A stretch of 64,000 bases of DNA from contig CAWBKB010000003.1 in the NCBI GenBank assembly GCA_963789265.1, positions 800,001 to 864,000 on the forward strand. Reading direction: 5' to 3'. Position numbers and translations under genes: made by a program. The notes beneath the pieces are model-generated. The model saw nothing but the letters and a program-made list of their open reading frames with translations, did not search any database and was not told the DNA's origin. Position 1 is the first letter of the stretch; each line of letters starts with the position of its first letter. Positions 35,410 to 45,812 of the stretch are shown here, piece after piece. Origin of the DNA: an uncultured delta proteobacterium. Its GTDB lineage: Bacteria > Desulfobacterota > Desulfomonilia > Desulfomonilales > Desulfomonilaceae.

Positions 35410-36459
35410 ATGAGTGAAACGGGGCAGACCTTGATGAGTCGAAATTGGACCGAGCTCATCCGACCTCGCCGCATGGAGGTGGAAGAAGAGACGCATACCC
35501 CTTTCTACGGAAAATTTGTGTGCGAGCCGTTAGAGAGGGGATACGGCATCACGCTGGGAAATTCTCTGCGGCGTGTGCTCCTTTCTACGCTGCAGGGCGC
35601 AGCCATAACGTCGGTTAAAATCGATGGGGTGCTGCACGAGTTCTCTGCCTTACCCGGCGTGAAAGAAGATGTTACCGATATAATCCTCAATTTGAAACAA
35701 GTTCAGTTGAAACTTCACACCAATTATCCCAAAACTCTCAAGCTCGAAGCAGTCGGAGAGGGAGAAGTCCGCGCAGGTGACATCATCTCGGATGAGACAG
35801 TGGAGATCATCAATCCTGAGCATATTGTGGCGACATTGTCCAAGGAAGGGCGCCTTTCCATGACCATGTCTGCGGAATGGGGAAAGGGATACGTGCCCGT
35901 GGAGGCTCACAAGACAGAAGACGATCCCATCGGAACTCTGGCACTGGATTCCGTGTTCTCGCCGGTGCGCAAAGTGAGCTATAAGATTACTAATGCCCGG
36001 GTGGGGCGCAGGACCGATTACGATAAACTCACTATCGAGATCTGGACGAACGGAGCAGTTTATCCTGAAGATGCCCTTGCGAATGCCGCAAAGATCCTGA
36101 GAGAACAATTCTTGGTCTTTCTGAATTTTGAAGAGGAAGAGAAAGCTGTTCACGTGGAAAAACCCCAGCGCGAGCCGGAAATCAACGATAACCTCTTCAG
36201 AAGCGTGGGAGAGCTGGAATTGAGCGTTCGTTCCGCTAATTGTCTTAAGAACGCAGATATAAGGTTCATCGGGGAACTGGTCCAGCGCACTGAAGCGGAA
36301 ATGCTTAAGACGAAAAATTTCGGCCGAAAATCGCTGAACGAAATCAAAGAGATTTTGGCAGACATGGATCTGCAGCTAGGAATGGCGATACCGGCCTTCC
36401 CCAGTCGCGAAGAGCTCGAACGCATGCGACAAGAACGCGAGAGCTTTATCGCTGAATAA
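35410..36459 (+). CDS. rpoA: RNA polymerase alpha subunit
   Basis: EPLERGYGITLGNSLRRVLLS, LELSVRSANCL, NFGRKSLNEIK. Confidence 0.98.
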   Translation: MSETGQTLMSRNWTELIRPRRMEVEEETHTPFYGKFVCEPLERGYGITLGNSLRRVLLSTLQGAAITSVKIDGVLHEFSALPGVKEDVTDIILNLKQVQLKLHTNYPKTLKLEAVGEGEVRAGDIISDETVEIINPEHIVATLSKEGRLSMTMSAEWGKGYVPVEAHKTEDDPIGTLALDSVFSPVRKVSYKITNARVGRRTDYDKLTIEIWTNGAVYPEDALANAAKILREQFLVFLNFEEEEKAVHVEKPQREPEINDNLFRSVGELELSVRSANCLKNADIRFIGELVQRTEAEMLKTKNFGRKSLNEIKEILADMDLQLGMAIPAFPSREELERMRQERESFIAE

Positions 36460-36474
36460 GCCCGGGAGATATAC

Positions 36475-36915
36475 ATGCGACACCGAAAAGCAAGATACAA
36501 ATTGGGCATGAGGACCGCACACCGAGAAGCCATGCTCAGAAACATGGTCACCTCTCTGCTGGAGCATGAGAGCATTACCACTACCGATGCCCGGGCCAAA
36601 GCAGTCAGAGGTTTAGCCGACAATATGATAACTCTGGGCAAGCGAGGTGATCTCCACGCGTGGCGGCAGGCCATGCAAACTATAAGATCGAAGCGCGTTA
36701 CTCGCCTTTTATTCGATGAGATCGCTCCTCGCTTTTCCAATCGGGAGGGCGGATACGTACGAGTGGTGAAGAAAGGTGTCAGAGTAGGGGACCGCGCCGC
36801 TATCTCCCTCGTAGAACTAGTCGAAAAAAATCCTGAAAAGGCCCGAGAAAAAAAGACTTCAGGAAAATCCAAGGGCCTCAAGGACAAGATCGTGGACAGC
36901 TTCAAATCCAAGTGA
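36475..36915 (+). CDS. rplQ: 50S ribosomal protein L17
   Basis: MRHRK, REGGYVR, RVGD. Confidence 0.98.
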   Translation: MRHRKARYKLGMRTAHREAMLRNMVTSLLEHESITTTDARAKAVRGLADNMITLGKRGDLHAWRQAMQTIRSKRVTRLLFDEIAPRFSNREGGYVRVVKKGVRVGDRAAISLVELVEKNPEKAREKKTSGKSKGLKDKIVDSFKSK

Positions 36916-37019
36916 GCGCGTGTTCCCGCTTGTTTTTGGGCCATGCCGCCACCTCAATCAACTCCTTACGAAATCCGCCGGCCGGTGGCGTCCTAGCTTG
37001 ATACCGGCGTTGCGGACGC

Positions 37020-37820
37020 ATGATCCTTTTAAAAAACTTGGCCTTTTCCTATTCTCCTCAAGCTCCGCTTGTTCTTAAGGAGCTATCCCTAACCATCGAG
37101 AATCGCTCATGGGTAGTCGTAACCGGCCCAGACGGCTCAGGGAAGACTACCCTCGCAAAAATCATTACTGGCCTGCTGAAGCCCAATTCCGGTTCCGTTG
37201 AATTCAATCCACCCCGGAACACCAAATCTGTAGTCGCGTGTTATCTCGGCGGTGATCCGTATGATTCGCTGATAGGCATCTCCATTGAAGAGGATATAGT
37301 GTTTGGCCTTGAGAATATGCAGCTCTCATCGTCCGAAATCGAGACCAGGCTCAAACAGGCGCTTGAGCGGACAGGTTTAGTTGGAATGGAAAGGCGTCTG
37401 ATTCACACACTTTCGGGAGGTGAGCAACAGAAGGTGGCATTGGCTGCAACTTTGGCAATGGGGTGTAGAGTAGTTGTAGTCGATGAAGGTCTTAATATGA
37501 TGGATCGGCCGATACGACTGTCAATCAGGTCTCTGCTGAGTTCTCTACGAGAAAGCCCTGGACTCACGGTGATCGAAGTTACTCACAGCCTCCAAGATGC
37601 ACTCGCGGCGGACAGAATACTGTTCCTCTCGGAAGGAAGGATAATGTTCGACGGAACGGCCTCAGAGTTTTGTGAGAGCCTGGAGGGAAACCGCTGGGTA
37701 TCACTGGACGGGGGAATCGCCGGTCTAAGGACTGCTCTTGTGAGCAAAAGACTTGTCTCCGCATATTGTGGTGATAATTCAGAACTCTCTTCCTACTTAC
37801 TGACCATGATAGGGAAGTGA
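37020..37820 (+). CDS. ECF-type (EcfA/CbiO-like) ABC ATPase
   Basis: Walker A GPDGSGKTT, EEDIVFGLEN, signature LSGGEQQKV, Walker B VVVDE, H-loop VTH. Confidence 0.8.
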   Translation: MILLKNLAFSYSPQAPLVLKELSLTIENRSWVVVTGPDGSGKTTLAKIITGLLKPNSGSVEFNPPRNTKSVVACYLGGDPYDSLIGISIEEDIVFGLENMQLSSSEIETRLKQALERTGLVGMERRLIHTLSGGEQQKVALAATLAMGCRVVVVDEGLNMMDRPIRLSIRSLLSSLRESPGLTVIEVTHSLQDALAADRILFLSEGRIMFDGTASEFCESLEGNRWVSLDGGIAGLRTALVSKRLVSAYCGDNSELSSYLLTMIGK

Positions 37821-37918
37821 CTGGGATTTCTTCAGAAAACATTTGAGAATGAAGGCTAACTGGAGTATAAAGAATATGCGGCGTCGGATTCAAATTCCGT
37901 TAAGTTCGCGATCGAAAC

Positions 37919-38296
37919 GTGAGGCATGAGAGAATTCCGAGGAAACCGATTGTGTGGCACGCGGTCAGATATCTAAGAATCGTTATGCTTCTGGTGGCCT
38001 TGGTGATGGTCGGAATGTTGGTCGGAGGAAAAAGCCTCACTCTAAAGGCCGGGCTTGAACAAAAGAAATCATCCATTCGAAAAGAAAACCGAAAACTGGC
38101 CCTTGAGATCAAAGACCTGGAACGCCAGGTGACACTCATGCGCTCGGATCCGCACACGATTGAAATGGTGGTTAAGCGAAAACTAGGCATGGCTCGGCCG
38201 GACGAGACGGTGTATATATTTGATCAGAAGAGTCCGACTGCTCTCAGAGCCCACAACCTAGAATCAGCTTTAAAAATCAAGGCTAACACCCCATAA
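37919..38296 (+). CDS. ftsB: Septum formation initiator (FtsB/DivIC family)
   Basis: Single TM, coiled coil, IEMVVKRKLGMARPDETVY. Confidence 0.75.
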   Translation: MRHERIPRKPIVWHAVRYLRIVMLLVALVMVGMLVGGKSLTLKAGLEQKKSSIRKENRKLALEIKDLERQVTLMRSDPHTIEMVVKRKLGMARPDETVYIFDQKSPTALRAHNLESALKIKANTP

Positions 38297-38309
38297 TATC
38301 AGTTTTTTA

Positions 38310-38338
38310 TTGACAAAAATCTATTTATATTATATCCT
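38310..38338 (+). promoter_or_regulatory. Putative sigma70 promoter of pilM
   Basis: TTGACA, 17-bp spacer, TATCCT in an AT-rich stretch. Confidence 0.6.
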
Positions 38339-38388
38339 CAATCTGCGGCCCGAAAGAGAACATGATCGGGCCCGTGTAAGGTAGCGAA

Positions 38389-39442
38389 ATGCCACTCCCG
38401 AAGATAATCGGCTTGGACATCGGTTCGAATGCCGTGAAGATGGTCGAAATCAACCGCTCGAAGAAGGGGTTCGAGCTGGAGTATGTAGGACTTGCCCCTT
38501 TGTCCGACGGTGCCATCGTGGACAAGTCAATCAAGAAGGCCGATCTTGTCGGAGGCGCCATCAGGACCCTTCATAGCATGTCGAGCCGAAACAAGCAGGT
38601 GGCCACCTCGTTTGCCGGCAAAGCAGTGATTATCAAGCAAGTGACCATGACTTCCATGACGGATAGTCAGTTGGAAAAACAGATACAGATGGAGGCCGAG
38701 CCGTATATACCTTTTGACATCAAGGACGTAAACCTGGATTTCTTCATAATGGGCGATCGGCCGGAAAAAGAAGGGTCTATGGAAGTGGTGTTGGTGGCCG
38801 CAAAGAAAGATTACATGGCCGAGTATCTGGATTTGATACAGTCATTGGGCCTGATTCCAGTTGTGGTGGACGTAGACCCGTTCGCTCTCGAAGTGATGTA
38901 CGAGTTTTGCTATCCCAACGTGCAGGAAGAGATAGTGGCGCTAGTCAACGTGGGCGCAAGCACGATCAATATTAATATCCTCAAATCGGGTGCTTCTCAG
39001 GTACACGCGGGATTTGCCGCTGGGAGGAGACGCGATTACTCGCGAAATAATGAGATTTTTCGACGTAGATTTCGAGCGTGCCGAGAATATCAAGCGCGGA
39101 GCCGACCTCGACAGAGTGAACGCTCGAAATCTGAGAAAGATTTTCCAGCGTTCCATTGACTACTTTGTCTCGGAACTGCAAAAGATCCTGGATTTTTTTT
39201 CTGCCAATGTGTCATACGACCCGATACAGAAGATATTTCTCTCGGGAGGGGCTGCGACAACTTATGGGTTGGCCTCGACTATGGAGTCCGAGTTGAATAT
39301 TCCTGTGGAGATGGTAGATCCTTTTAGACATCTCAAAGTTAACGAAAAGACCTTTGATCTGGGGTATCTGAACAGCGTGGGACCACAGATGGCTGTAGCA
39401 GTTGGCTTGGCCCTCAGGGAAGAAGGGGATAAGCAAGTATAA
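38389..39442 (+). CDS. pilM: Type IV pilus assembly protein PilM (+1 insertion at ~39000)
   Basis: IGLDIGSNAVKMVE, EAEPYIPF, LSGG, MAVAVGLALR. Confidence 0.92.
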
Positions 39443-39443
39443 G

Positions 39444-40041
39444 ATGGTAAGGATCAATCTTTTACCCATACGAGAGATTCTTCGCAAACGGGAGCTTAAG
39501 CAATTCCTGTTCCTGTCAGCAATCATCGTCGCCTCTGCCGTCGGTCTCATGATATGCACTTACGTGTTCTTTACTTGGAAGATATCGGCTCTACAATCGG
39601 AACAGAGAGCGCAACAGACAAAGCTCGATAAGCTCAAGGAAAAAAACAAGGAAATTGAGAACCTTAAGAATAGGATAGCGCAGCGCCAGAGACAGGTTGA
39701 CACGATAGAGAGGCTGACCAAGGTTAGAGACACACCTGCGCCGTTCATGGCAGCTCTTTCTCTGGCAATTCCCGACGAAGTGTGGGTGACGACGATTAGC
39801 AAAAGTCGGAAAAGTTTCGCACTGGATGGGATAGGCGTCGATAATACGGTGGTGGTTAATTTTGTTCAAAGGCTTCAGACCGTCAAGCAAGGATTCACTC
39901 CGAAACAACCGTGGGTGAATCTTGCCGTACCTACTGACAAGAGCTTCTTCATCAATGTGAAACTGTTGCAGATCGTCGCTGCAACCGGAGTCGGCGGTTC
40001 TGGGCTCGATGAATTTCAAAATCGTGGGAAACCTTCGCTAA
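39444..40041 (+). CDS. pilN: Type IV pilus assembly protein PilN (probable +1 insertion at ~39998)
   Basis: MVRINLLP, TM, coiled coil, IPDEVW; corrected frame stops just before pilO. Confidence 0.88.
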
Positions 40042-40051
40042 GGGCAGAACA

Positions 40052-40732
40052 GTGGCCGTTGAACCTCGAGAGATATTCTTTAAACTCACCAAGCTTCAGC
40101 GAAGCCTCATTATCGGGGCGATATGCATTTTGCTCTTGGTGGCCTTCTATTTTCTGGTAATCTCTGACATGCAGGACCAAGTAACCAGTCTCGAAACGCA
40201 GATCGGCAGGATCAAGCTGGAGATTGGTAACCAGGAAAAGATCCTTGCTGAAGGCCCCAAACTCAAGGCCCGATTGCAGGCACTGGACAAGAAATTGAAG
40301 ACGATGGTCGCTTCTCTTCCTGAAAAACAAGAGATTGAAGTGCTCTTGAAGAAGATCACCGATCTGCTTTCCCAGACCAACCTCGTAGCAAAACGATTCG
40401 TCCCTGGTCAGGAGAAGATAAACGAGGAGCTATATTACGCAACAATTCCTCTCAACCTTAACGTCCGCGGGGACTATCAACATATTGGGGCCTTTTTGGC
40501 AAGTCTCAATAATCTTCCTCGAATAGTTAACGTTCCGACCCTCAAACTAAACAAGGCCGGCGCGCTCAGCGGCAGAGAAAGCGATCTAGCAAAGAAACTC
40601 GACGTAATTGCACTGGACGCCGACATCGGTGGTGAAACCTACCGGCGTTTGTCTCAGGAGGAAATCAAGGCAATCACGGAGCGCAAAGCACGGCGTAAGG
40701 GTCCTCCTCGCAAACCCATGCGGAGGCACTAA
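40052..40732 (+). CDS. pilO: Type IV pilus assembly protein PilO
   Basis: TM, coiled coil, LPEKQEI, GDYQHIGAFL..LPRIV. Confidence 0.9.
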   Translation: MAVEPREIFFKLTKLQRSLIIGAICILLLVAFYFLVISDMQDQVTSLETQIGRIKLEIGNQEKILAEGPKLKARLQALDKKLKTMVASLPEKQEIEVLLKKITDLLSQTNLVAKRFVPGQEKINEELYYATIPLNLNVRGDYQHIGAFLASLNNLPRIVNVPTLKLNKAGALSGRESDLAKKLDVIALDADIGGETYRRLSQEEIKAITERKARRKGPPRKPMRRH

Positions 40733-40762
40733 CAGAGGAGAAGGGCTTCCAGAGGCTTAAGA

Positions 40763-41459
40763 ATGAAACATGGTCGACATTCCGATATCATGAAAATGGC
40801 GTTCTACTTGGGCGTGGTTACCGTCATGCTCATGCCGTTAGCCGGTTGCGAAGAGGCCAATATGGCCATTGACGTTATTTTTGGAAAGCAGCTACCGGTT
40901 TCTATCGGCATCCGCGGAAATGTCCCCGCAGTCATTTATTTTAGCGAAAAGGCGGGAAGCCGGTGAAAAGGCTTCGACAGGGATCGAAGCGGCTGTGTCT
41001 GCCGATCAAAAACCCGCTGCTATTCCGGCGAAGACCAAGCCTTCAGAGTACGCCACTCAGCAGGGAAAGAGACGGCCTCCCGGCCAGCCGTCCCCCGCTA
41101 TGCAACAGGCCGCTCCGCCTGTAGCAAAGAAGCCGTCAGAGCTCTTCCAGGTCGAGCGAAATCCCTTCAAACCACCTACAGAGATCCTGCCTAGCGAGTG
41201 CCCTCCTTCGATGCCGTTATGCAGATTCGACCGTTCGCAACTCAAGCTGGTGGGTGTCATTCAGGTGAGTGAAGGTGAATTTAAGGGCATGGTCGAAGAT
41301 CCTGATGGTCGGGGTTATTTCGTCACTACAGGAATGCAGATCGGCGGGGCCACCGTCACCCAGGTCAATGACAAAGGGATCACGCTCCATCTGCACAGGA
41401 CCCATCAGGATGTTATGATGCCGCTCTTTAAAGAAGCCAAAAAGGCCGGAGAATTTTGA
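40763..41459 (+). CDS. pilP: PilP-like lipoprotein (frameshift in the 5' third)
   Basis: Lipobox LAGC in 40763-40966; RNPF and QLKLVGVI..MVEDPDGRGYFV..G in the overlapping frame. Confidence 0.8.
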
Positions 41460-41736
41460 AGTCGGCCAAAATCACTTAAAATATCCTAGTTCGCACAGCT
41501 ACATCTTAACCCCCTGTTCGTTGAGCGATTCGCCGATTCGGCTTCTTGGCAGTCGGGGTTTATCTGCTGTCTCACGTAAGGCTTTGGATGGAACACATGG
41601 GGGTTCTGCTGTCTCATGATGAGATCTTTCGGCTGCAACTGTTGATCATACGGACAGCTCGTTCAAAGCTCTCGATCAAATTCAAAATGGGAATAATCGG
41701 CTCCTTATGGTAGGTTTCGGGGAAAACAGAATTCCA

Positions 41737-41867
41737 ATACCCATGCGCAGTTAAACGAGTGACAATCCTGGAGAGGATATGGTGGGGCATCCCGGACTCC
41801 GATCCGGGCAGTAGCGCCGGCGTCCCCGCCGGTGACCAATGAACGACCGGCAAGATGCCGGTCCCAC
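41737..41867. mobile_element. Left-end fragment of the MITE seen at 51165, followed by GTAG-REP hairpins
   Basis: ATACCCATGCGCAGTTAAACGAGTGACAATC..GGATAT.GTGGGGCATCCC resembles 51165-51220; REP hairpins at 41811-41834 and 41845-41867; no right TIR seen. Confidence 0.65.
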
Positions 41868-41926
41868 TAAAGGGTCTGGATTCCCGCGCACTTAGCACAG
41901 CGCCTCGCGCTGGGGACGGACCGACT

Positions 41927-43498
41927 ATGATCCGTGACTTAAACCAAGTAGTCTTATTGTGGGACCCCCGGGATCCCGAGGATTTCGATTTGGATCCCTC
42001 CGCATTTCGCGCGATGGGAGTCCAGACGTTGGAGGTTCCATATCCGCAAATCGGCCGGAACGCTGAACTGGTTAGGCAAATCACGGGGATAGGCGCGCAG
42101 GCAGTCGTATTCACGCGAAATGATGAAATGGCAGGCAGTCCGGCCATCGGGGATCTGCTGGCACAACTCCGGATGGGATACACATGTGTGTCGGGAATTG
42201 ACCGGAATCTGGCGAAGGAGCAGACCAAGGAGTGCATCCGCGATTTTCTGGTTGGGGGAGGCCGCGTCGACATTGCGCCGCCCGAGGAATCAGCCCCATT
42301 CATCCCGGGCCAAGCTAAAACAAAAGGCACCTTCTCTTTAATTCTGGATTTTGAGCAATTAGGAGGTGCGAGGTTCGGCCTTTCAAGGTTGCTGCCTTTC
42401 CTCGAATCGGCCGGAATTCAGGCGACTTTTTTCATTACAGGCTTTATGGTGTGGCTGTACCCTGAACTCGTGGAACGAATCGCGTCAGCAGGACATGAGA
42501 TAGCAGCCCACGGATCCATGCACGAGTTCCTCCAGGGGCGACCATTTGAAGATCAGCTCGCACGAATTGCCGATAACGTCCGGTCATTGACGGCATTTGG
42601 CCCCGTAAGCGGTGCAAACTTTATCTACCGAATGGATGAAGTTTCTCCCCGTGCCATGGTCGCGGCCGGTCTCAATTACTTCGTGCTCTTCAGGCAACAC
42701 GTTTTGTACAGATCACGATTCATGGAGGCTTCATGTTTGCCCCGAACGCTTAGGACTTCGGTTGGAGACCTTACTATGGTTCCCATTTCAGCAGAAACGT
42801 ATGCCGGCGATTATCGGATTATAAAGGGCATGGTCGATAGTGCGTGGAAAACTGCTATCAGAGAACAGATTAATCATATCAGCCTATTGATGCACCCTTT
42901 CAAGGACGGATGTCTCGACCGGCTGCCACTCACCAGGCAGATCGTGAAATACCTCACTCAGGATCTTCAATTGAAAGCCACGACGTTAAGCAATCTTCCT
43001 CAACCCAACCCTCCCGGTGCAAACGTCCTTCATGTAGGATACCGTTGGCACGGGTATGAGCCTCCACGCCTGACTGGAGACGCGGAGTCTCGTCTTTCCC
43101 GATCTTGGTGGGCCCCAGTGGTCTATCATTCGAGGCGTACTGAAAACCTGGTTGATGCTCTCAATAGTCAGGAATGCCCGGCGGTCCTTTCCGCTGAAAC
43201 TTCGGGGATCCAGAAAGTCCGAGTTTTACCCGACAAGGTCGCCGAGGGTGCGGGTACCGTCTTTTCTGATCCCATACTAAGACCTCGGGAGACTGCGTTA
43301 TCTATTTTAGAAGCTCTTAGTTATGCGAAATCCATTAACGTAGCCCCCCCTAAATCCTTGAGTGATCACTGGAACTTTCTCATTTTTCATCTCCCTCGGA
43401 CTCGAGAGGATGCGGTTTGGCTTTTACGAAAGATCTGGGGTAAATTCGTAGCGAAGTTGCGAGGTCGGGGCAAGAGGCCGAGAAGACCCATTTTGTAA
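41927..43498 (+). CDS. Polysaccharide deacetylase (CE4/NodB-like) domain protein with unrecognised N- and C-terminal domains
   Basis: LILDFE, ATFFITG, GHEIAAHGSMHE, LMHPF motifs; ATG 41927 lies beyond the repeat. Confidence 0.75.
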   Translation: MIRDLNQVVLLWDPRDPEDFDLDPSAFRAMGVQTLEVPYPQIGRNAELVRQITGIGAQAVVFTRNDEMAGSPAIGDLLAQLRMGYTCVSGIDRNLAKEQTKECIRDFLVGGGRVDIAPPEESAPFIPGQAKTKGTFSLILDFEQLGGARFGLSRLLPFLESAGIQATFFITGFMVWLYPELVERIASAGHEIAAHGSMHEFLQGRPFEDQLARIADNVRSLTAFGPVSGANFIYRMDEVSPRAMVAAGLNYFVLFRQHVLYRSRFMEASCLPRTLRTSVGDLTMVPISAETYAGDYRIIKGMVDSAWKTAIREQINHISLLMHPFKDGCLDRLPLTRQIVKYLTQDLQLKATTLSNLPQPNPPGANVLHVGYRWHGYEPPRLTGDAESRLSRSWWAPVVYHSRRTENLVDALNSQECPAVLSAETSGIQKVRVLPDKVAEGAGTVFSDPILRPRETALSILEALSYAKSINVAPPKSLSDHWNFLIFHLPRTREDAVWLLRKIWGKFVAKLRGRGKRPRRPIL

Positions 43499-43513
43499 CA
43501 ACGGAGTCTCCGG

Positions 43514-44398
43514 ATGGATGATTTCAAACCGATTGAATTAATAGACAAGAAGGTATTTACCGACTTTTTCACTGCAGACCCACCCCTAACTTCCGAATTG
43601 ACATTCACAAACCTCTTTATATGGCGTGGCCGTTACGAACCGTTGTGGCAGGCGCGGGAGGATTGTCTGTTGATAATCTTGAGACCGGCCGATGAAGAAC
43701 CTTTCGGGCTGCCTCCGGTAGGACCCGGCAACAAGGGCGAGGCGCTTTCTTACTTGTTACATCAGCTTGAAAAAGTTTCGCAGAAGCCCAGGATTTGTCG
43801 AGTGCCGAAATATTTCGTAGAAAGGCATGTAGAATCAATTTCATACAGGACAGTCCGTGATCGAGACAACAGCGATTACGTATATCTTTCCGAAAACTTG
43901 ATAAATTTGCCCGGTAACAAATATCATAGAAAGAAAAACCATGTGAACAGATTCAGCAAAAATCATGATTTCGAATATAGGACTCTCGACGAAGACTTGG
44001 CCGAATCATTCCTCGGACTCCAAGAAAACTGGTGTGAATTGAAGAAGTGCGTGGAAGATCCTGCACTGCTCCAGGAAGATCGTGCGATTTACGAGGCGAT
44101 TTCCAATTACAAGGAGCTTGGTTTTCGCGGGGGTGCGATTTCAATCGAATCGAAAGTAGAGGCGTTCGCCCTTGGAGAGCCTCTCAACCGGGACACGGCC
44201 GTGATTCATGTCGAGAAGGCCAACCCCGAGATCCCGGGTCTTTATTCCGCCATAAACCAGCTTTTCTGTGCTCGGGAATGGTCAGGGATGAAATATATAA
44301 ATCGAGAGCAGGACCTCGGCCTGGACAACCTTCGGAAGGCCAAGAAATCCTACTATCCGGACCATCTGGTGGAGAAGTACACTCTGGTCCCGAAGTGA
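43514..44398 (+). CDS. Stand-alone DUF2156 / aminoacyl-phosphatidylglycerol-synthase-like GNAT-domain protein
   Basis: FTNLFIW, DYVY..L..LPGNKYHRKKNHVNRF, IHVEKA, YINREQDLGLDNLRKAKKSYYP. Confidence 0.85.
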   Translation: MDDFKPIELIDKKVFTDFFTADPPLTSELTFTNLFIWRGRYEPLWQAREDCLLIILRPADEEPFGLPPVGPGNKGEALSYLLHQLEKVSQKPRICRVPKYFVERHVESISYRTVRDRDNSDYVYLSENLINLPGNKYHRKKNHVNRFSKNHDFEYRTLDEDLAESFLGLQENWCELKKCVEDPALLQEDRAIYEAISNYKELGFRGGAISIESKVEAFALGEPLNRDTAVIHVEKANPEIPGLYSAINQLFCAREWSGMKYINREQDLGLDNLRKAKKSYYPDHLVEKYTLVPK

Positions 44399-44480
44399 TT
44401 ATAAAATGGCTCAGTACGGTCATCTATGACTTTGCTCGCAGGAACTCAATGGGTCATAGTTCGCGTGAGAGGACCCGGCG

Positions 44481-44651
44481 ATGAAAATCGAGACGGAACG
44501 TGAAGAGGATGGACAGTGGATCGCGGAAGTACCCGAATTGGCAGGCGTTGCTGTATACGGACAGACGCGCGAGGAGGCCATCAAGAAGGTTGAGTCACTG
44601 GCTCTTCGGGAGATTGCCGACCGACTCGATCACGGCGAGGTGGTCCAGTAG
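44481..44651 (+). CDS. HicB-family antitoxin, 56 aa, probably 3'-truncated by a REP; not in ORF track
   Basis: MKIETEREEDGQWIAEVPELAGVAVYGQTREEAIKKVESLALREIADRLDHGE; GAGAGGA RBS; the stop is the TAG of a GTAG-REP. Confidence 0.8.
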   Translation: MKIETEREEDGQWIAEVPELAGVAVYGQTREEAIKKVESLALREIADRLDHGEVVQ

Positions 44652-44670
44652 GACAGGCATCCTGCCTGTC
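44648..44670. repeat. GTAG-type REP hairpin
   Basis: GTAGGACAGGCATCCTGCCTGTC, same family as 788-810. Confidence 0.75.
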
Positions 44671-44804
44671 GCTGACGGACGGGCAGTCCCGCGCCTCACG
44701 GGACCGTCACCACCGCAAGATGCCCGTTGTCGGTCATTTGTGATATCTCCTATTTTTGAGGATGGTTTAACAGCAAATCTTGTCGGGAACACGGGAAGTT
44801 GCGC

Positions 44805-45785
44805 CTATTCTTCGACCTTTTCCGCAGCGGATCTGCCTCCGTCACCCGTTGCTTCGCTCAGCTTCACGAGCCGCTCCCACTTTTCATTCACTCGTTCCTG
44901 GATGTAGGCAATGAGCTTATCGTCAAGGTGACGGTACCGACCCTGGCCCTTAAAGTAATCTGCGACGGGCACTAGCTGCTTCGGTTTTCGGTTCAGCTTC
45001 CAAACGCCGTTCTCCACTTCGTAGAGCGGGAAAACCCCTGAATCCACGGCCAATTTGCCATACTCAATCGACTTTTTCGGGGGAATCCTCCAACCGGTCG
45101 CGCATACCGACAAAACATGAATGTAAGCCGGTCCGTTGGCCTCTTTGGCTTTCTGAACTTTCTTCATCAGGTCTGTGTAGTAGCTGGGGCAGGCCGTTGC
45201 CGCGTACGGAATCCCGTGGGCTGCCGCAATCGCAGTCATATCTTTCTTCCAGGTGGTTTGACCGGACGGGGTGACTCTGCCTGCAGGGGAAGTGGTGGTA
45301 GAGGCTCCGAATGGAGTCGAAGAAGAACGTTGGACTCCCGTGTTCATGTATGCCTCATTATCGACGCACACATATATTACCTTGTGCCCGCGCTCCATCA
45401 TTCCCGAAAGGGCCTGGAATCCGATGTCGGCAGTCCCTCCGTCGCCCCCCATGGCCAGAACCGTGACATACCGATCGGGGATCCGCCCTTTGCGTCTCAG
45501 CACCTTTAGGCCTGATTCTATTCCGGAGGCTACCGCGGCGGCATTCTCGAAGGCAATGTGAATCCAGGGAATATTCCAGGAAGTCAACGGGTACGGTGAA
45601 GAGATGATCTCCATGCATCCTGTTGCCATTGCCATAATAACGTCAGGCCCGATTGCTTTCAGCACATGCCTGACCGCCAAAACTTCCGCGCAACCCTGGC
45701 AGGCACGATGGCCAGGGTTTATATACTCGTCAGTAGGAAAATTTTTCAGTGGTTTCAAAATCTTCTTTGTGCTTGCTTCAGCCAT
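44805..45785 (-). CDS. porB: Pyruvate/2-oxoacid:ferredoxin oxidoreductase beta subunit (TPP-binding)
   Basis: GHRACQGC, GGDGGTADIG, DNEAYMNTGVQRS. Confidence 0.92.
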   Translation of the reverse strand: MAEASTKKILKPLKNFPTDEYINPGHRACQGCAEVLAVRHVLKAIGPDVIMAMATGCMEIISSPYPLTSWNIPWIHIAFENAAAVASGIESGLKVLRRKGRIPDRYVTVLAMGGDGGTADIGFQALSGMMERGHKVIYVCVDNEAYMNTGVQRSSSTPFGASTTTSPAGRVTPSGQTTWKKDMTAIAAAHGIPYAATACPSYYTDLMKKVQKAKEANGPAYIHVLSVCATGWRIPPKKSIEYGKLAVDSGVFPLYEVENGVWKLNRKPKQLVPVADYFKGQGRYRHLDDKLIAYIQERVNEKWERLVKLSEATGDGGRSAAEKVEE

Positions 45786-45812
45786 GGGAGTCTCCCTGTC
45801 GATGTCTATCGG

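Noticed and set aside
41855..41926. N-terminal extension of the deacetylase
   Set aside because: The ATG at 41855 lies inside a REP hairpin; 41927 is the more plausible start
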